Shown here one piece after another: positions 1 to 12,100 of a stretch of DNA of 64,000 nt; positions within the stretch are counted from its first letter, which is position 1; each line of letters begins with the position of its first letter. Location of the stretch: the NCBI GenBank assembly GCA_030704615.1, contig CM060734.1, positions 2,728,001 through 2,792,000 of the forward strand, in the 5' to 3' direction. A program made the position numbers and the translations under genes. Below the pieces are notes generated by a model. It ran no database searches. It was not told the DNA's origin and saw only the letters and a list, made by a program, of their open reading frames with translations. This stretch comes from Takakia lepidozioides (Eukaryota; Plantae; Bryophyta).

Positions 1-1260
1 ATTGCAGAAAGTTGATGACCATTGCTATCTACGAAATGAAAGGAGAAGACACAGATTTGGAGTTGCATATGTGGCGCGAAATTAATGAGCAAATGGCGAG
101 AGCGAAGTTGTCCCCTCCCGATTTTAGGGGCTTCATGGCTGGCAATGCCCAGGCGAACTGGGCTGCAGTGAGAAGGGTATATGGGGACGACCCAAAGACT
201 CCAATGGAAGGTAAGAAGAGATCTTGCGGGTTTCACTTCATGCAGAGTTTGACGCAAAACACGAAAAGGTTCGTGGCGTCACGCCACTGGCAATATCATA
301 TCAGTATGTGCCTTGCATGGAAAAATGCGAATTCCATCGACAAGGCGGAGACCGAGTTTGCAACCATACGCGCCCGGTGGGTGTAAGTCTTCAGGGGCAG
401 TGGATGTGAAAGATCAGCCAGAACTGCAAACATGGCTTGCGTGGTGGCACTATAGATTCCGCCAGTTTGGAGACTACATGAGATAGGTAACACATTTCTG
501 TACTTGACAATTGTTCTGTTTTGTGCTTGGACACTCTCCACAATGAGTGACATTTCTAATTTCCTTCAACAGGACATGAGCTTGGAGGATGACACGGAAT
601 GCCGACGACGAACATGGCCGAATCGGTGCACTCTTCCTAGCGTGCTTCCTCTGCGGCACATCTCGTTGACAAGTTGACAGCAACAACAGAAGATATAGTG
701 AGATCTTACCCTGGAGGAGGCAGACGCTCTAGGATGTGCAGGGTTTCGACTGGTGGAGATGATAGACGTTCCACGAAATCCAATTCCCAGTCGTCATCCT
801 CCTCCCACGAGAAGCTCTTCACCCCGCATACCGGTGGGTGACCTCGCAGCTTGGCCCACCCATTGGTGGGGAAAACTGAAAAGACGGCGGCCACCATCAA
901 AGGCGAACGACACCAGGATGGCCAATACTCTTGCAATGCCCTGCATAGTGCAAGGTTGCAGGGATGTTCCTCACCCTGGGATGGGGCGCATATTTCAGTT
1001 GTCAACAACCGAGTCTGCTGCGCGCAGTGTTGTGTATGCAATCACGGTTTCTCAGTACCCAGCCTGCAACTATGAGGACTTCCTTGTTATGGAATCGAAG
1101 AATGCAGCATACGTCCCCTGCAAACACCTTTATTACATTTTTCTGAAGCGCATGAGTTGCATATCTGCAGTGGACGTCTTCATCCATGCTCCAACACTGA
1201 GCTTCAACGAGCTGCACAAGGCCTACGGCAGGATACAGGTCAGACTGCTTGACATTCCAC
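1..1260 (+). pseudogene. Decayed Mutator/MULE-like transposase with C-terminal SWIM zinc finger
   Basis: ORF 12-386 has MULE-core-like FMAGNAQANWAAVRRVYG...CGFHFMQSL. ORF 753+ has SWIM-like YAITVSQYPACNYEDF...PCKHLYYIF. The two are separated by stops and frameshifts. Confidence 0.65.
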
Positions 1261-2689
1261 ATTCGGGAAGGAGAAAGTGGCAATTATATTACATTCATCT
1301 TCTTGCACCTTATTTTTTTGTGAGGAATTATACACTTGGTGGTGCCGCACCGCCATGGCTTCAGGTGCATTTCGGTGCCGCAATACATGAGAATGTGGTT
1401 TTTGGCCATGAATGGCATGGGCATGTTTTTTTAATTTTGGTTATGTCTATTAATGGATCCGAGGAAAGCATACATTGTGTGGAGATACACGGGCATTGTG
1501 GCCTATTTCAGCGCCGTTATTGGTCTGTATACTGCATAGTGCTTCCTTGTTACTGCTCTTCATTCATTTTGTGGTGATTTCGCAGCCCATCCTGGCGTTT
1601 TCGTCCACCTTTATGAGAAGACTCTGATTTGCTACCAATACATTGACACTGTTCTGCAAATGTGATGCATTTACAAGATTGCAAGTTCTGTGTCCTAGTG
1701 GGAAGGGTCCTACTGCACATTCCAGCATTCACATACTGCACCTTGTGCACACAACAATCCATACGACAAAGGACACGTCCCAGCATACTGGCAGTGAATT
1801 GCAAAAAACCTTAACAGAAGATTATCCAAGCATGTATATTCCCCATATGGCACAGGGAAGCTACTTGATTTCTGAAGCAAAATGTATGTGCCATGAGTGT
1901 CCGCGAGTTGAAACATGTCTATTCTAGCATGCAAGACCTATGGTCCCCTCGCCCAAGAAGAAGGAACTCAAACTGGCATCTCAAGGACCTCCTGAGTGAC
2001 CGGGTGCCGATATTTGAACATAATGTCAGCGGTTTCTGTCGTCCGGTTGAAACTAACGAGGATGTCGTGTTTATCGATAACGCCCCCTTTGTAGAAGGAC
2101 ATTTTCACAGTGGGCCCTGTGTTCCCCTCCTCGAATGTCCCCACTTTCCGAGCCAGTCCGTCCACGCGTGAAGTTTTCACCTATGCACTCATCATACGTC
2201 CACTTGCAACAGTTCCAGCGATACAGCAGCGCTGTGCGTGATCTGTGTTCGGCTCCCAGTCAAGCGGAAAGTCCAGGTCCATGATGCAGAGGAACCACCT
2301 GCTCCCCAGCCGGGGTCCAGGAGAATCGTGCAATCCTGGAAGAAACTCCATTGCTCTCAGCTGGACAAGTCGAGGATCGTCCCTGTAAACACCTAGGAAG
2401 ACAATGATGTCGTCTGCTTTCGGGACAATGAGTCTCGTCTGGCGTCGATACATGTGATTCGGGCACAACATGGCCTCACGACACAGCAAGAACACAGAGC
2501 ATGGAGGAGATGGGCACAGAAGAGAAGAGTGAAGAGCAAAATGAGAGCGAGGCTGGCGGAAGAGGGATATATCATTGCTGCATTGCCAATGTCATATGCG
2601 GCAGAACTTGAATTTCCTCCCACATGTGTGCTTTTATTTGACAAATCCGCACCAGTTTCAGGACAGTTTGCATGTGGCACTTGTCGGCC

Positions 2690-3236
2690 CTATCCTCAAT
2701 TTTGGCGCCGTTATTGGCAAAACTCCATCGCCGTAAGCCGGGTATTTGCTCTCCAGAGCCCGATTTTGGCGCCGTTATTGGATGGACTGTGGAAGCTTCA
2801 GCCGGGAATTTGGTTTCCGGAGCCCAATTTCGGCGCCGTTATTGGTTGCACTCCGGAGGCTTCAGCCGGGTATTTGGTTTCCGGACCCCAATTTCGGCGC
2901 CGTTATCGGTTGCACTCCGGAGGCTTCAGCCAAGTATTTGGATTCCGGACCCCAATTTCGGCGCCGATATTGGCTGCACTCCGGAGGCTTCAGCCGGGTA
3001 TTTGGTTGGCGGAGCCCAATTTCGGCACCGTTATTGGCTTCACTCCCGAGCCTTCAGCCGGCTATTTCTTTTCCTGTGCCCAATTACGGCGCCGTTATAC
3101 CCAACCATCCTGCACTTCTGCAACAGTACTATCCACGGTTATAGGTCGCCATTGCATTTTCGGAGTCTGCAAACCCGGATCCTAATTCCGCTTGCGTCCT
3201 TTCCTCTGGGGTAATTTCGGTGCCGTTATTGGCGCC
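2690..3236. repeat. 64-bp tandem repeat (about 7 good copies plus degenerate copies)
   Basis: The motif ccaatttcggcgccgttattgg recurs at exact 64-bp steps (anchors 2698, 2762, 2826, 2890, 2954, 3018, 3082), with a degenerate copy near 3213. Confidence 0.95.
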
Positions 3237-3529
3237 AGAATTCTGTTTTTCTATGACCTGGCCTGGCGGTCCATGAGCTTGGGCTCCAAGTCATGAGCGG
3301 ATACTGGTACTTATGAGCGGAGTGCTTCCAGCATGAGCGTGGAAATCTTCGAAAACCTTCTATTCTTATACTACTTTCGATTATTTTATCGTTTTGGGCC
3401 CGAAAAAAACCTGCCGAAATTCGTAGTGTGTTACTTGGCGGCTCATGGGTGAGCCATGCGCGCTCATGAGCTCATAGAATAGCAACCCTCGAGGTTGAAG
3501 GGGTAAAGGCCAAGGGTACTGCAGCACTT

Positions 3530-4201
3530 GTGGAAGATGAGGTTGCTCAGGAAGAAGATCTTGTGGGATCATGGCCTGATTGGTTTGTGAAACATCAAAC
3601 TGTAGAGAATCAGGAAGAACAGCAACAGATTTTCCATGAAGACCCACAACAGGCCATGCTCATGAGTTCCATAAGCAGGACTCTCAATCTGTTGGGCACC
3701 TATGTCAAGACTCATGTTTCTTCCACTCAATTGGCAACATTGCGGGAGAAGCTCAAGCAAGAGCTTGAGGCAAGAATTGCCACTGAGTGTGCAAACACGG
3801 ATGTGGAGGCCAACCTCAAGTTGCAGAAAGAGTTGGAGGACACTGAAGCTGCTTTACAGCTTGCGAAGGAAAATTTAATTGAAGCAGGTCTTGAGCAGGA
3901 GAAGTTGCATGAAGTGCATAAGCATCAGCTATACCAAATACACATTCAGCATGAGGGCAAGTTGCATGAAGTGAAGTTGCTTCATATAGAATTGGAAGCA
4001 GTCCATCAGAAAATGATCATACAGTGTACCACACTAACGACTAATCTGGAGATGGCTGCACTGGAAGTCAAGAATCAAGCTAAGAGATGTATAACGGCGG
4101 AGACAGAGTCAATGGAGCAGGGGAAACTCATTGCTGACATGAAGGCTACTATCTGTCACAATGAGGATACCAGAAGCATCACCCCAAACCTCATACAGTG
4201 A
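3530..4201 (+). CDS. Coiled-coil ORF, probably part of the extra 3' ORF region of an LTR retrotransposon
   Basis: 223-aa E/L/Q/K-rich heptad-like ORF next to sequence homologous to the pre-PPT region at 29334-29852. Confidence 0.45.
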   Translation: MEDEVAQEEDLVGSWPDWFVKHQTVENQEEQQQIFHEDPQQAMLMSSISRTLNLLGTYVKTHVSSTQLATLREKLKQELEARIATECANTDVEANLKLQKELEDTEAALQLAKENLIEAGLEQEKLHEVHKHQLYQIHIQHEGKLHEVKLLHIELEAVHQKMIIQCTTLTTNLEMAALEVKNQAKRCITAETESMEQGKLIADMKATICHNEDTRSITPNLIQ

Positions 4202-4873
4202 TTGCTGCAGTGCCATGGTATCAACACTGTCAACCTGGTGTGGTTGTTGTGATGTTGTTGCCACAGTCCCTCCTGATGTTGGCAAGTCCTACACTTCCTA
4301 TGCTGAAGATTGAAAAATCAAATTCCTTGCCTGCAAATAAGTAGCCATGAGCTGTTCCTTAGGAACAAAGGCCCTTTTGTCAATGTTGGAGCTCAAGTCA
4401 TCCACTTGAGTCTACAGCCCTTCTACATCCTCCTGTAACTCAGCTATCCGACTATAGACATTGTCTATAGTGGTTGTGGCAATGTTCTGCACCCGTAGCC
4501 TGAGATCATTCATCTCGTCTTGGGTGAGCTTTATCGGTGCTTTCCCTTCCACTGGCCCTTGTGTTAACCACTATTGCAAAAGATGATTATCCACCAAGTC
4601 CTGTGTAACACCACAGAGATCCTGCTCCTCCTTGAGCCGGTATGCTTCCAACTGCTATTGTAAACTCTCCATGCGCTTTGCATGAGGCTCAACCAGAGCT
4701 GCATAGGCAGCTGACAAATTATTGGCTTCTTTCCAGGCCCTTTCACTCACAGAAAGTTCATTCTCCCGTACTGTGATTGTTTGCTGCAATTCAAAGATGT
4801 ACCTGTCCTTCTGGGCATCGTCCTGGTGGAACTACTGAATACTACTCCTGCTGCACTTGAATACAATTGAGCT

Positions 4874-5152
4874 ATGATTCTACCCTTCAACCAAATCCCC
4901 ATTGTTATGGATTTGGCTTGGAAAGAATTCAGTCCTCCAAAGTCTTTGGCACACTATAACCAGATTATGCGCATTTGGTTGCCAGTGGCAACTCGGACTA
5001 AAGTTCTTCCAACTGACAGACCCGATGAAGATCACCATTTTGCGCGGTACTGGTCTAAAGCAGGAACCATGCTGAAGGAATTAATTGTCTTCCAGATTGT
5101 TCATGGATTCATTTACACCAAGACCAAGGAGGTACCTAGTTTGGTCATGGGT
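4874..5152 (+). pseudogene. Unknown LTR-retrotransposon accessory ORF, interrupted by an LTR insertion at 5153
   Basis: YWSKAGTMLKELIVFQIVHGFIYTKTKEVPSLVMG matches YWHEASTMLKELIAFQVVHGFIYTKTKEVASIVMG at 29334+, with synonymous and conservative changes in this frame. Confidence 0.6.
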
Positions 5153-5878
5153 TGTCGCGGCCCTTTGCCTCGAGGGCAAGGGGGTCGGGACACAAGAGGG
5201 GCTGCCCCTGTGGTGGGGGCAGTGGCAACAATAGGTACGGGGGCTGAAGCACCCTTGAGTGCCCAAGGCACTCAAGGAGGCGAAGACGCTCACTAGGTGG
5301 AGCCCCGCACACCGGGTTGTGGTGGGGGTGGTTCCACGAGGAGTGGTGGTAGCTTAGTGGGTCTTAGTGGGGGTGGCATAGGACTCACCATGGGGCGGAG
5401 ACCTTGTGGTGGGAGTCATGGGGAGTCTTGGGACTCATCACGGTCCATTGGGGTCATGGTGGGTGGGCTAAGACTCACCGCGACGCATCACTGAGAGTCA
5501 AGGGTCTTCGTGGTGGTTTGCCATAAAAAGATGGTGTTGTTTGTGAAACCGCCGCGGACAGTCACAGAAGTATATATAGGGAGTAGTAACCCCGAGAATG
5601 GTGCAAGCCCGTTGGTGACCAAAAACTAGTGAGTAAGCATGCGAGCCGGAAAGCGACCAAGGTGTGGGGAGCTGTTCCGGACTGCCAACAACCAAAGAGA
5701 ATTTTCACTAGGCCCAGAGTGAGCGAGGGTCTTGTGGAGGAGCAAAGGGGGACCGTTATGTCCCGGTGAGCAGCCGAAGCTCCGAGTTGGCCCGACGGCC
5801 AGTTTGGGAGTTAGGCGCGCGCATCGAAGCGAGTAACTATGACGTGAAGGGGAGCTTACCGAAGGGAGGTGCACGACA
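5153..5878 (+). mobile_element. 5' LTR (726 bp) of Ty3/gypsy element 1
   Basis: Starts TGTCG and ends CGACA (terminal inverted repeat), and is directly followed by a PBS. Homology of the host sequence to 29334+ stops at 5152. Confidence 0.85.
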
Positions 5879-5880
5879 CT

Positions 5881-5892
5881 TGGTATCAGAGC
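5881..5892 (+). promoter_or_regulatory. Primer-binding site complementary to initiator tRNA-Met
   Basis: TGGTATCAGAGC lies 2 nt after the LTR end. Confidence 0.92.
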
Positions 5893-5933
5893 TTAGAGTT
5901 CAGTACGCGATTGTCCTTGAGATCGGCCTCATC

Positions 5934-8900
5934 ATGGGGTCGGGCAAGACAAAGCGAAAGCGAAACGGCCCGAAAGATGATGATCCTGGTGAGCCCGGTG
6001 GGGGCAACATGTCACCGAAGCGGCAACTGGAAGAGGCGATTCATGCTTCCGAAAGCGAGGCCGCTCAAGAACGGGAGAAATTTTGGGAGTCAGAGCCCAA
6101 GGACTTCCCAGAGGCTCCGCCAGACCAACAGATGCCTCCCATGCCAGCAGCCTTTTGGGAAGGGTTGTTGGCGCAGTTTGGCGGGATGTTGAAAGACGTG
6201 TTGAGGGCGGCTAATGCCACTTCCACTAAGGCAAAGTTTAAGGTGAAGCCTAAGGAACCTGGCACCTTTGAGGGCGTCCGAAATTGGAAGGCACGCAACA
6301 CCTGGCTCTTGGAGCTAGAGCAGTACTTCCGGACGGCCAAGTTGAGTGACGAGGATCGGGTGGAAGTGGCTCCCACCTATTTGAGGGGCTATGCTCAACA
6401 ATGGTGGCAGAAACGCCTTCATGACCAAGGTCCAAACCCAGAAACCTTGAGCTGGAGTGGGTTCAAGGAACTTATGAAAAGACAGTTTATGCCCCTCAAC
6501 GCGTCCTGGCTTGCCCGAGACAAGATGAGGAATTTGAAGCAAACGGATGACATTCGGGGATATGTTCAGGCTTTCAATGTGTTGTTGCTCAAAGTCACGG
6601 ATATGGCAGAACTAGAAATGGTCCTCAACTTTGTGGCGGGATTGGCCCCATGGGCCAGGCGGAAGTTGGAGGAGAAGCCACCTAAGACTTTGAACGAGGC
6701 AATTGAGGCTGAATGTTTCTTGGATGTCCCTAGGGGCGAAAGACAAGGCTGTACGGAGCTGAACCACAAGAAGACCCGGCGGGAGGGTGACTCCTTCCGA
6801 CCGGAAAAGAAGTGGGATAGGCCACGCGGTGACAATGGCACATGGAAATCAAAGGGAGGGCCTTCACACGTCAAGACGGCACCCGGTGCTCCGAAAGGAA
6901 AATCAGGTGCGGTGGCTTATGGTGGATAGAAGGCGACCTTTGATGGAGTGTGCTTTAATTGCGGGGAGCCCGGGCACATGGCCAAGAAGTGCGCAAAACC
7001 CCGACAATTGAACATGACCCGGGCGACCACGGAGCTATCCGAAGATTCCATCAGCAGCTTGGTGGAAGCGGTGGTTGCCAAGACTTGCAAGGTAGACAAC
7101 TACTCTTGTGAGCTGTATCAGGAGACTAGCCCCTTGCGTAAAAGGAGTCAGTTAATGTTCGTGAGTGGGATAATTTCCGGAACTAACGTGTCGTTGTTGG
7201 TGGACACAGGAGCGTCGCACTCCTTCATGACACCGACAACGGCACGGAAGCTGGGGCTCCCGACAAGTGATGTGGGGGCCTCTATTGAAGTGCGTTCTAC
7301 CAAAGGAGAACCACAACTGGTGATGAGGTTGGCATTTGATGTTCCTCTTCAGCTGGGGAGTTGGGAGGGACGTGAGAACTTCACCATTTGCAAGATCGAT
7401 GGAGTGGATCTCATTTTGGTGATGACTTTTTTGAGCAAATCCGGAGCGGTCATAGATGGCCGCAAGAGAGTAGTCACGCTACCGTGTGGGGATGGTGGCG
7501 AAGTTTTACGGGTGTCGAAAACGCCCAACCGAGTGGGAGGGCGAATAAACCTGCTGACAGAAAAGGAGTGGGTCGTGGAGGAGCCACACGAACCCTAGTT
7601 TTTGTTTTACGTAAGACAAGTGGAAGGAGAAGTCGATAGGGAGCCGAGCCCAGATTGGATCAAGGGGATCCTAGAGAAATACCATGATGTGATGCCGGAG
7701 GATTTACCAAGCGGCTCGCCACCGCGAAGAGGAGTTGATCACAAGATAGAGGTGATACCGGGATCGGAGCCGCCTGCCAAGGCGCCCTACCAGTTGAGCC
7801 ACAAAGAGTTGGTCGAGCTAAAGGCCTAGCTCAAGGATCTAATGTCAAAGGGGTACATCCAGCCGAGTAAGTCACCTTACGGAGCCCCGGTGCTATTCGT
7901 AGACAAGAAGGATGGGATGCTGCGGATGTGTGTCGATTACAGGGCTCTGAATAAGGTGACTATCAAAAACCGATACCCTTTGCCAAGGATTGACGACCTC
8001 TTTGATCGGTTGGCAAGAGCAAAATATTTCAGCCGGATCGATTTGCGCTCAGGTTACCATCAAATCCGAGTGGCGGAAGGAGATGAGGAGAAGACTGCGT
8101 GCACGACAAGATATGGTTCATATGAGTTCTTGGTGATGCCTTTTGGTCTCACCAACGCACCCGCGACCTTTAGCACGCTAATGAACAGCCTTTTCCAGGA
8201 GTGGTTGGATGACTTTGTAATCATGTACATCGACAACATCTTGGTGTACTCGAAAACGAAGGAAGTGCACCTGGAGCACCTCAAAAGGGTGTTCCAGAAA
8301 TTGCGGGAAGGGAAGCTGTATGCCAAAGCTTCAAAGTGCGAATTCGGGGTCACAAAAGTGGAGTTCCTAGGGCATGTGATTACACAGGATGAGATCAAAA
8401 TGGATGACAGAAAGGTGAGGGCGATCTTGGACTGGGAGCCTCCGACTTTGGTCCCGGGAGTGCGATCCTTCCTAGGACTCGCCTCCTATTACCGAAAGTA
8501 TGTGAGAAATTTCGCCAAGACCGCGGGGCCGCTGTCAGACCTTCTGTGTAAGTCCAAGGTATGGGTATGGAATACCTTTTGTGGCCAAGCTTTTGCCGAG
8601 TTGAAGCAGCGGATGGCGCAAGCTCCAGTCCTGAAAATCCCGGAGTTTGCCCGTCCATTTGAGATTCATACAGATGCGCCGAACTTCGCAATTGGGGGTG
8701 TGCTCATGCAGGATGGACGTCCAGCGACTTACGAAAGTAAGAAACTGAATGAAGTGGAGCGACGGTGGCCTACGCACGAGAAAGAAATGAAGGCGGTGGT
8801 ACATTGCCTTGAGCTTTGGCGCCACTATGTTGGTTCCAACCCGGTAAAGGTGTTCACGGACAATGTCACGGTGAAGTATTTGGCCACATAGCCTAAGTTG

Positions 8901-9150
8901 TCCCCAAAACAACTTAGGTGGCAAGACACTTTGGCAGTGTTCGACGTGGATATCCAGTACAAACCGGGACGGGACAACGTGGTGGCCGATGCTTTAAGTA
9001 GAAAGCAACAGCTCATGTTGGTGTACAGGAGCGAGACGGCGCTCCAAAGGAAGATCCGGAAGGCTTACCGCAAAGATGAGATGGCAAAGTCCGTGATGCA
9101 GGACTTGAGGTTGGGGGTTAAATCACAGTTCCACTTGCACAATGGACTGC
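5934..9150 (+). mobile_element. Ty3/gypsy (chromovirus-type, Galadriel-like) gag-PR-RT-RNaseH; degenerate and truncated before integrase
   Basis: Gag (YLRGYAQQWW), zinc knuckle CFNCGEPGHMAKKC, protease [30 protein letters not shown]...YIDNILVYS (YIDD mutated to YIDN), RNase [20 protein letters not shown]. Several in-frame stops. Confidence 0.93.
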
Positions 9151-12100
9151 TGCTTGTAAGGGTGCGGGCGTAAGAGATGATCAGGGGGCTAGAGCCAATC
9201 CCAAAACGGTCATGTGGGAGTTGGGTAAGAACGTTAGGGGTGCTGGTGGGTAGGCCACAAATACGTTTGGTGAGTTGGATAATTTTGGAGTCGAGTAGTT
9301 TGATATCTGGAAAAGAGAAGGGGGCCGCGTGAAAGGAGTATTGGATTTGAGGGTTAAAAACTCTTTGGATGATAGTTAGTTTAGGGCGGATGGAGATCGG
9401 GGCGTTGAGTAGAGCTAAACTCTTGTTGGTTAGTTTGGAAAGGGTGGTGCTCTTTTGTATATGCCAAGTTAGGGATGGAACCAATTGTATGCATAGATAA
9501 GTGTAGGGTTCATCCGGACCTAAGAAGGGGAAAGATTTTTGTTGCAGGTGGAGCATGCAATGGGAAGCTATCGTGGATTTTGTGAGTTTCCTGCCGTGGG
9601 TGGCGGCGGTGACCGCACATTTTTTTAGACTTAGTTCCATACCAGACCATTGATTAAAGCGGTATAATTTGTCAGCCTGTCGGTTGAGGTGCTGAGGCTG
9701 ATGTGCTAGGATAGCGAGGTCGTCAGCATATGCTGCCGCTGAGATTTCAGTAGGGGAGGTTTTATAGTGGTAGCCTAAGTTACCACGGGCAAACCATCGT
9801 AAGAGAGGTTCTAGAAAGATGATGAATAGGTAGGGGCTCAGAGTGTCTCCTTGGATGGTACCGCAAAGGATGGGCATAGGGGGGGTGGTGCCATAGTATG
9901 AACCAGTGTATTCGGTGGTGTTGTTGGTGTAGATGTTCCCGATGAGTTGGATGGCATCTAGTGGGTAGCCCAAGTCCGTCATGATGGCGAGGAGACGTGG
10001 GTGGTCCATGGAGCCAAAGACATTCTTAAAGTCAATGTAGAGGAGGTAGATATCTTGTTTAGTGAGTTTGGTGTCTTCAAGGGCAGATAAGACATATTGG
10101 ATTTGCCTGGTGGTGCTACGCATTGCGCGGAAGCCTTCCTGGGGGTCGCTTAAAATACGATGTTGTTCGCCATAGGAAGATAGCATCGTGGTGAGGGTGC
10201 TAGTGAATAGTTTGTAGATAGTGTTAGCGAGGGCAATGGGTCTGTAATTACCGAGGTCGGTGGGGTCGTCTTTTTTGAATAGTAGAATGGTTCGGCTATG
10301 TTTCCAGGCATGTGGGATACAATGAAGTTGGTAGCAGAGTCGGAAGAATTTGTAGAGTAGAGCATGAAATTGGGGGTCAAGCGACTGTAGGATGGCATTA
10401 GGGATGAGGTCTGGGCCTGGGGCCTTTGCTTTGGGTAGAGCTTTTACACACGAGTCATATAGGCCAATTGTGAAGAGGTCAAGGATGCGGTCTGTGGGGG
10501 ACCCTCGTTTATCCAGGGAAAAGCCGTCAAGATCATGCCATGGGTAATGTTTGACTTTGCACATGCACTTGGGTGTGTGATGGCTAGGATGTAGACAACT
10601 GTCTACAATAGGTGTGTAGGAAGAAGAGGCTTGGTGCCAGATTTCCTTGTTGATGTCTGCAGGTTTGGTGAGTAGGTGCCCCAGTCTGTGTTTGAGGCAA
10701 TCGATAGGTGGGTTAATGGCAGGGTTGAAGATGGCTTTGTGGGCACGTTTTGGGTGGTCATGAAGTAGTTGGCCAAATGAGGCGATAAATTTTTTGTGGT
10801 TGGCGGAGGCTTTCTGTTTGGTGATAAGGTAAGCAGCTCTTTTTGCTTCCTGTCCGAGCTTAGAGAGGGAGGCGATCCATTGAGGGAGAGAGGAGGTGTC
10901 CGCAGGTGGGGACATAATTGGTTGACATATAGGTAGGGTGTTTAAGCATGTGATGCATGGGTCCGTCCTCCAGTTATTGAATAAGGGGGCCGGGGGGGGA
11001 GGTATAATTGCAAGCGCGCGGCGTATGGTGTGGTATATGTTGAGATGTGCTGTCCATTCTCGTTTCTGAGTTCCGGTGAGATATCCTCCGTTTTGTGTTG
11101 ATCGCGTCGTTTGGGGGAGGTCAGGGGGGGCAAAGCATGTGGCTAACACACTCCTAGTCATGTCTTGTAATGTGGATGTGATTGCCGTGTCGGCTTCATT
11201 CCAGTCAGCCTCTGAGGACAGTAGAAAATTGGAGTCAGAGAGTATGGGGGATATTTTGTGGATGAAATAAGAGGAGGCAGAGTGGAAGTGTTGTTGGAAG
11301 GCCTTGATATTAGTTTTAGGTATGGGTGAAAGTATACGGGGCTGGGACGGTGGGGTGTGGACATCTGGAATGGGCCGGAAGGGGACGAGGGAGGGGGGGA
11401 GAGAGACAGAGATCGGGTAGTGATCAGAGTTGCATAAGCTATTAAGGTGAATGTGACTCAAGAGGTAGGGTGGGATAGTATTGCTAGTTTTGAGGTAGAA
11501 CTCGTCCAGTAGGCATAAGGAAGAGTAGTTAAGGCCTCCTTGCCGGGAGTAGTGATGGTCCGCCAGGATGTATCTTAGGTCTAGTTGCTGGGTGAATCGA
11601 GCCCATTTGTGGTCCTCAGAGGATGGTGGTTTGTGGGTACCATTGTGGGAGTGCCCCTGTAGGGCGATGTCTATGTTAAAGTCACCTGCGAGGATGACGT
11701 GGTGGTGTTGGTTATCTGGATGGGTAATTGTTTGGGAGATATTATGTAGTATGTCTGTTATGAGGGGGAGGTCCTCGGGGTGTGAGGGCATGTATAGATG
11801 TATCAAAGTGATAGGGCAGAGTGCTGGGGGGTGTAGCTAGATAATTTGGAGGTGTGACCGAAGGGAGATGGGTACCGTGAGTTTTTGTGGTGGTGCTGGG
11901 AGAGTGGTGTGTGCGTAGAATACCTAGTGCAACGCCTCCCCTGGTGGGTTTGTATGGGGCAAAGCGACGAGATAGGCATTGCTGGGCAGTTAGAGGAGTA
12001 CCATACAATAGGTAATAGTCCGGTAGAAGATTGTTTATGTAGGAGCTGCTAGTATTGTTTGTGTGTAACTTAGTTTATTGGAGGAGAAAAATATGTGGTT

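Noticed and set aside
2454-3214. Three overlapping ORFs as real genes
   Set aside because: They are a by-product of a stop-free 64-bp repeat.
2690-3236. CRISPR-like periodic array
   Set aside because: The whole 64-bp unit repeats with no unique spacers, there are no cas genes, and the context is eukaryotic.
5831-5843. GAGTAACTATGAC matching large-subunit rRNA helix 69
   Set aside because: Only 13 nt inside an LTR with no flanking rRNA similarity; chance cannot be excluded.
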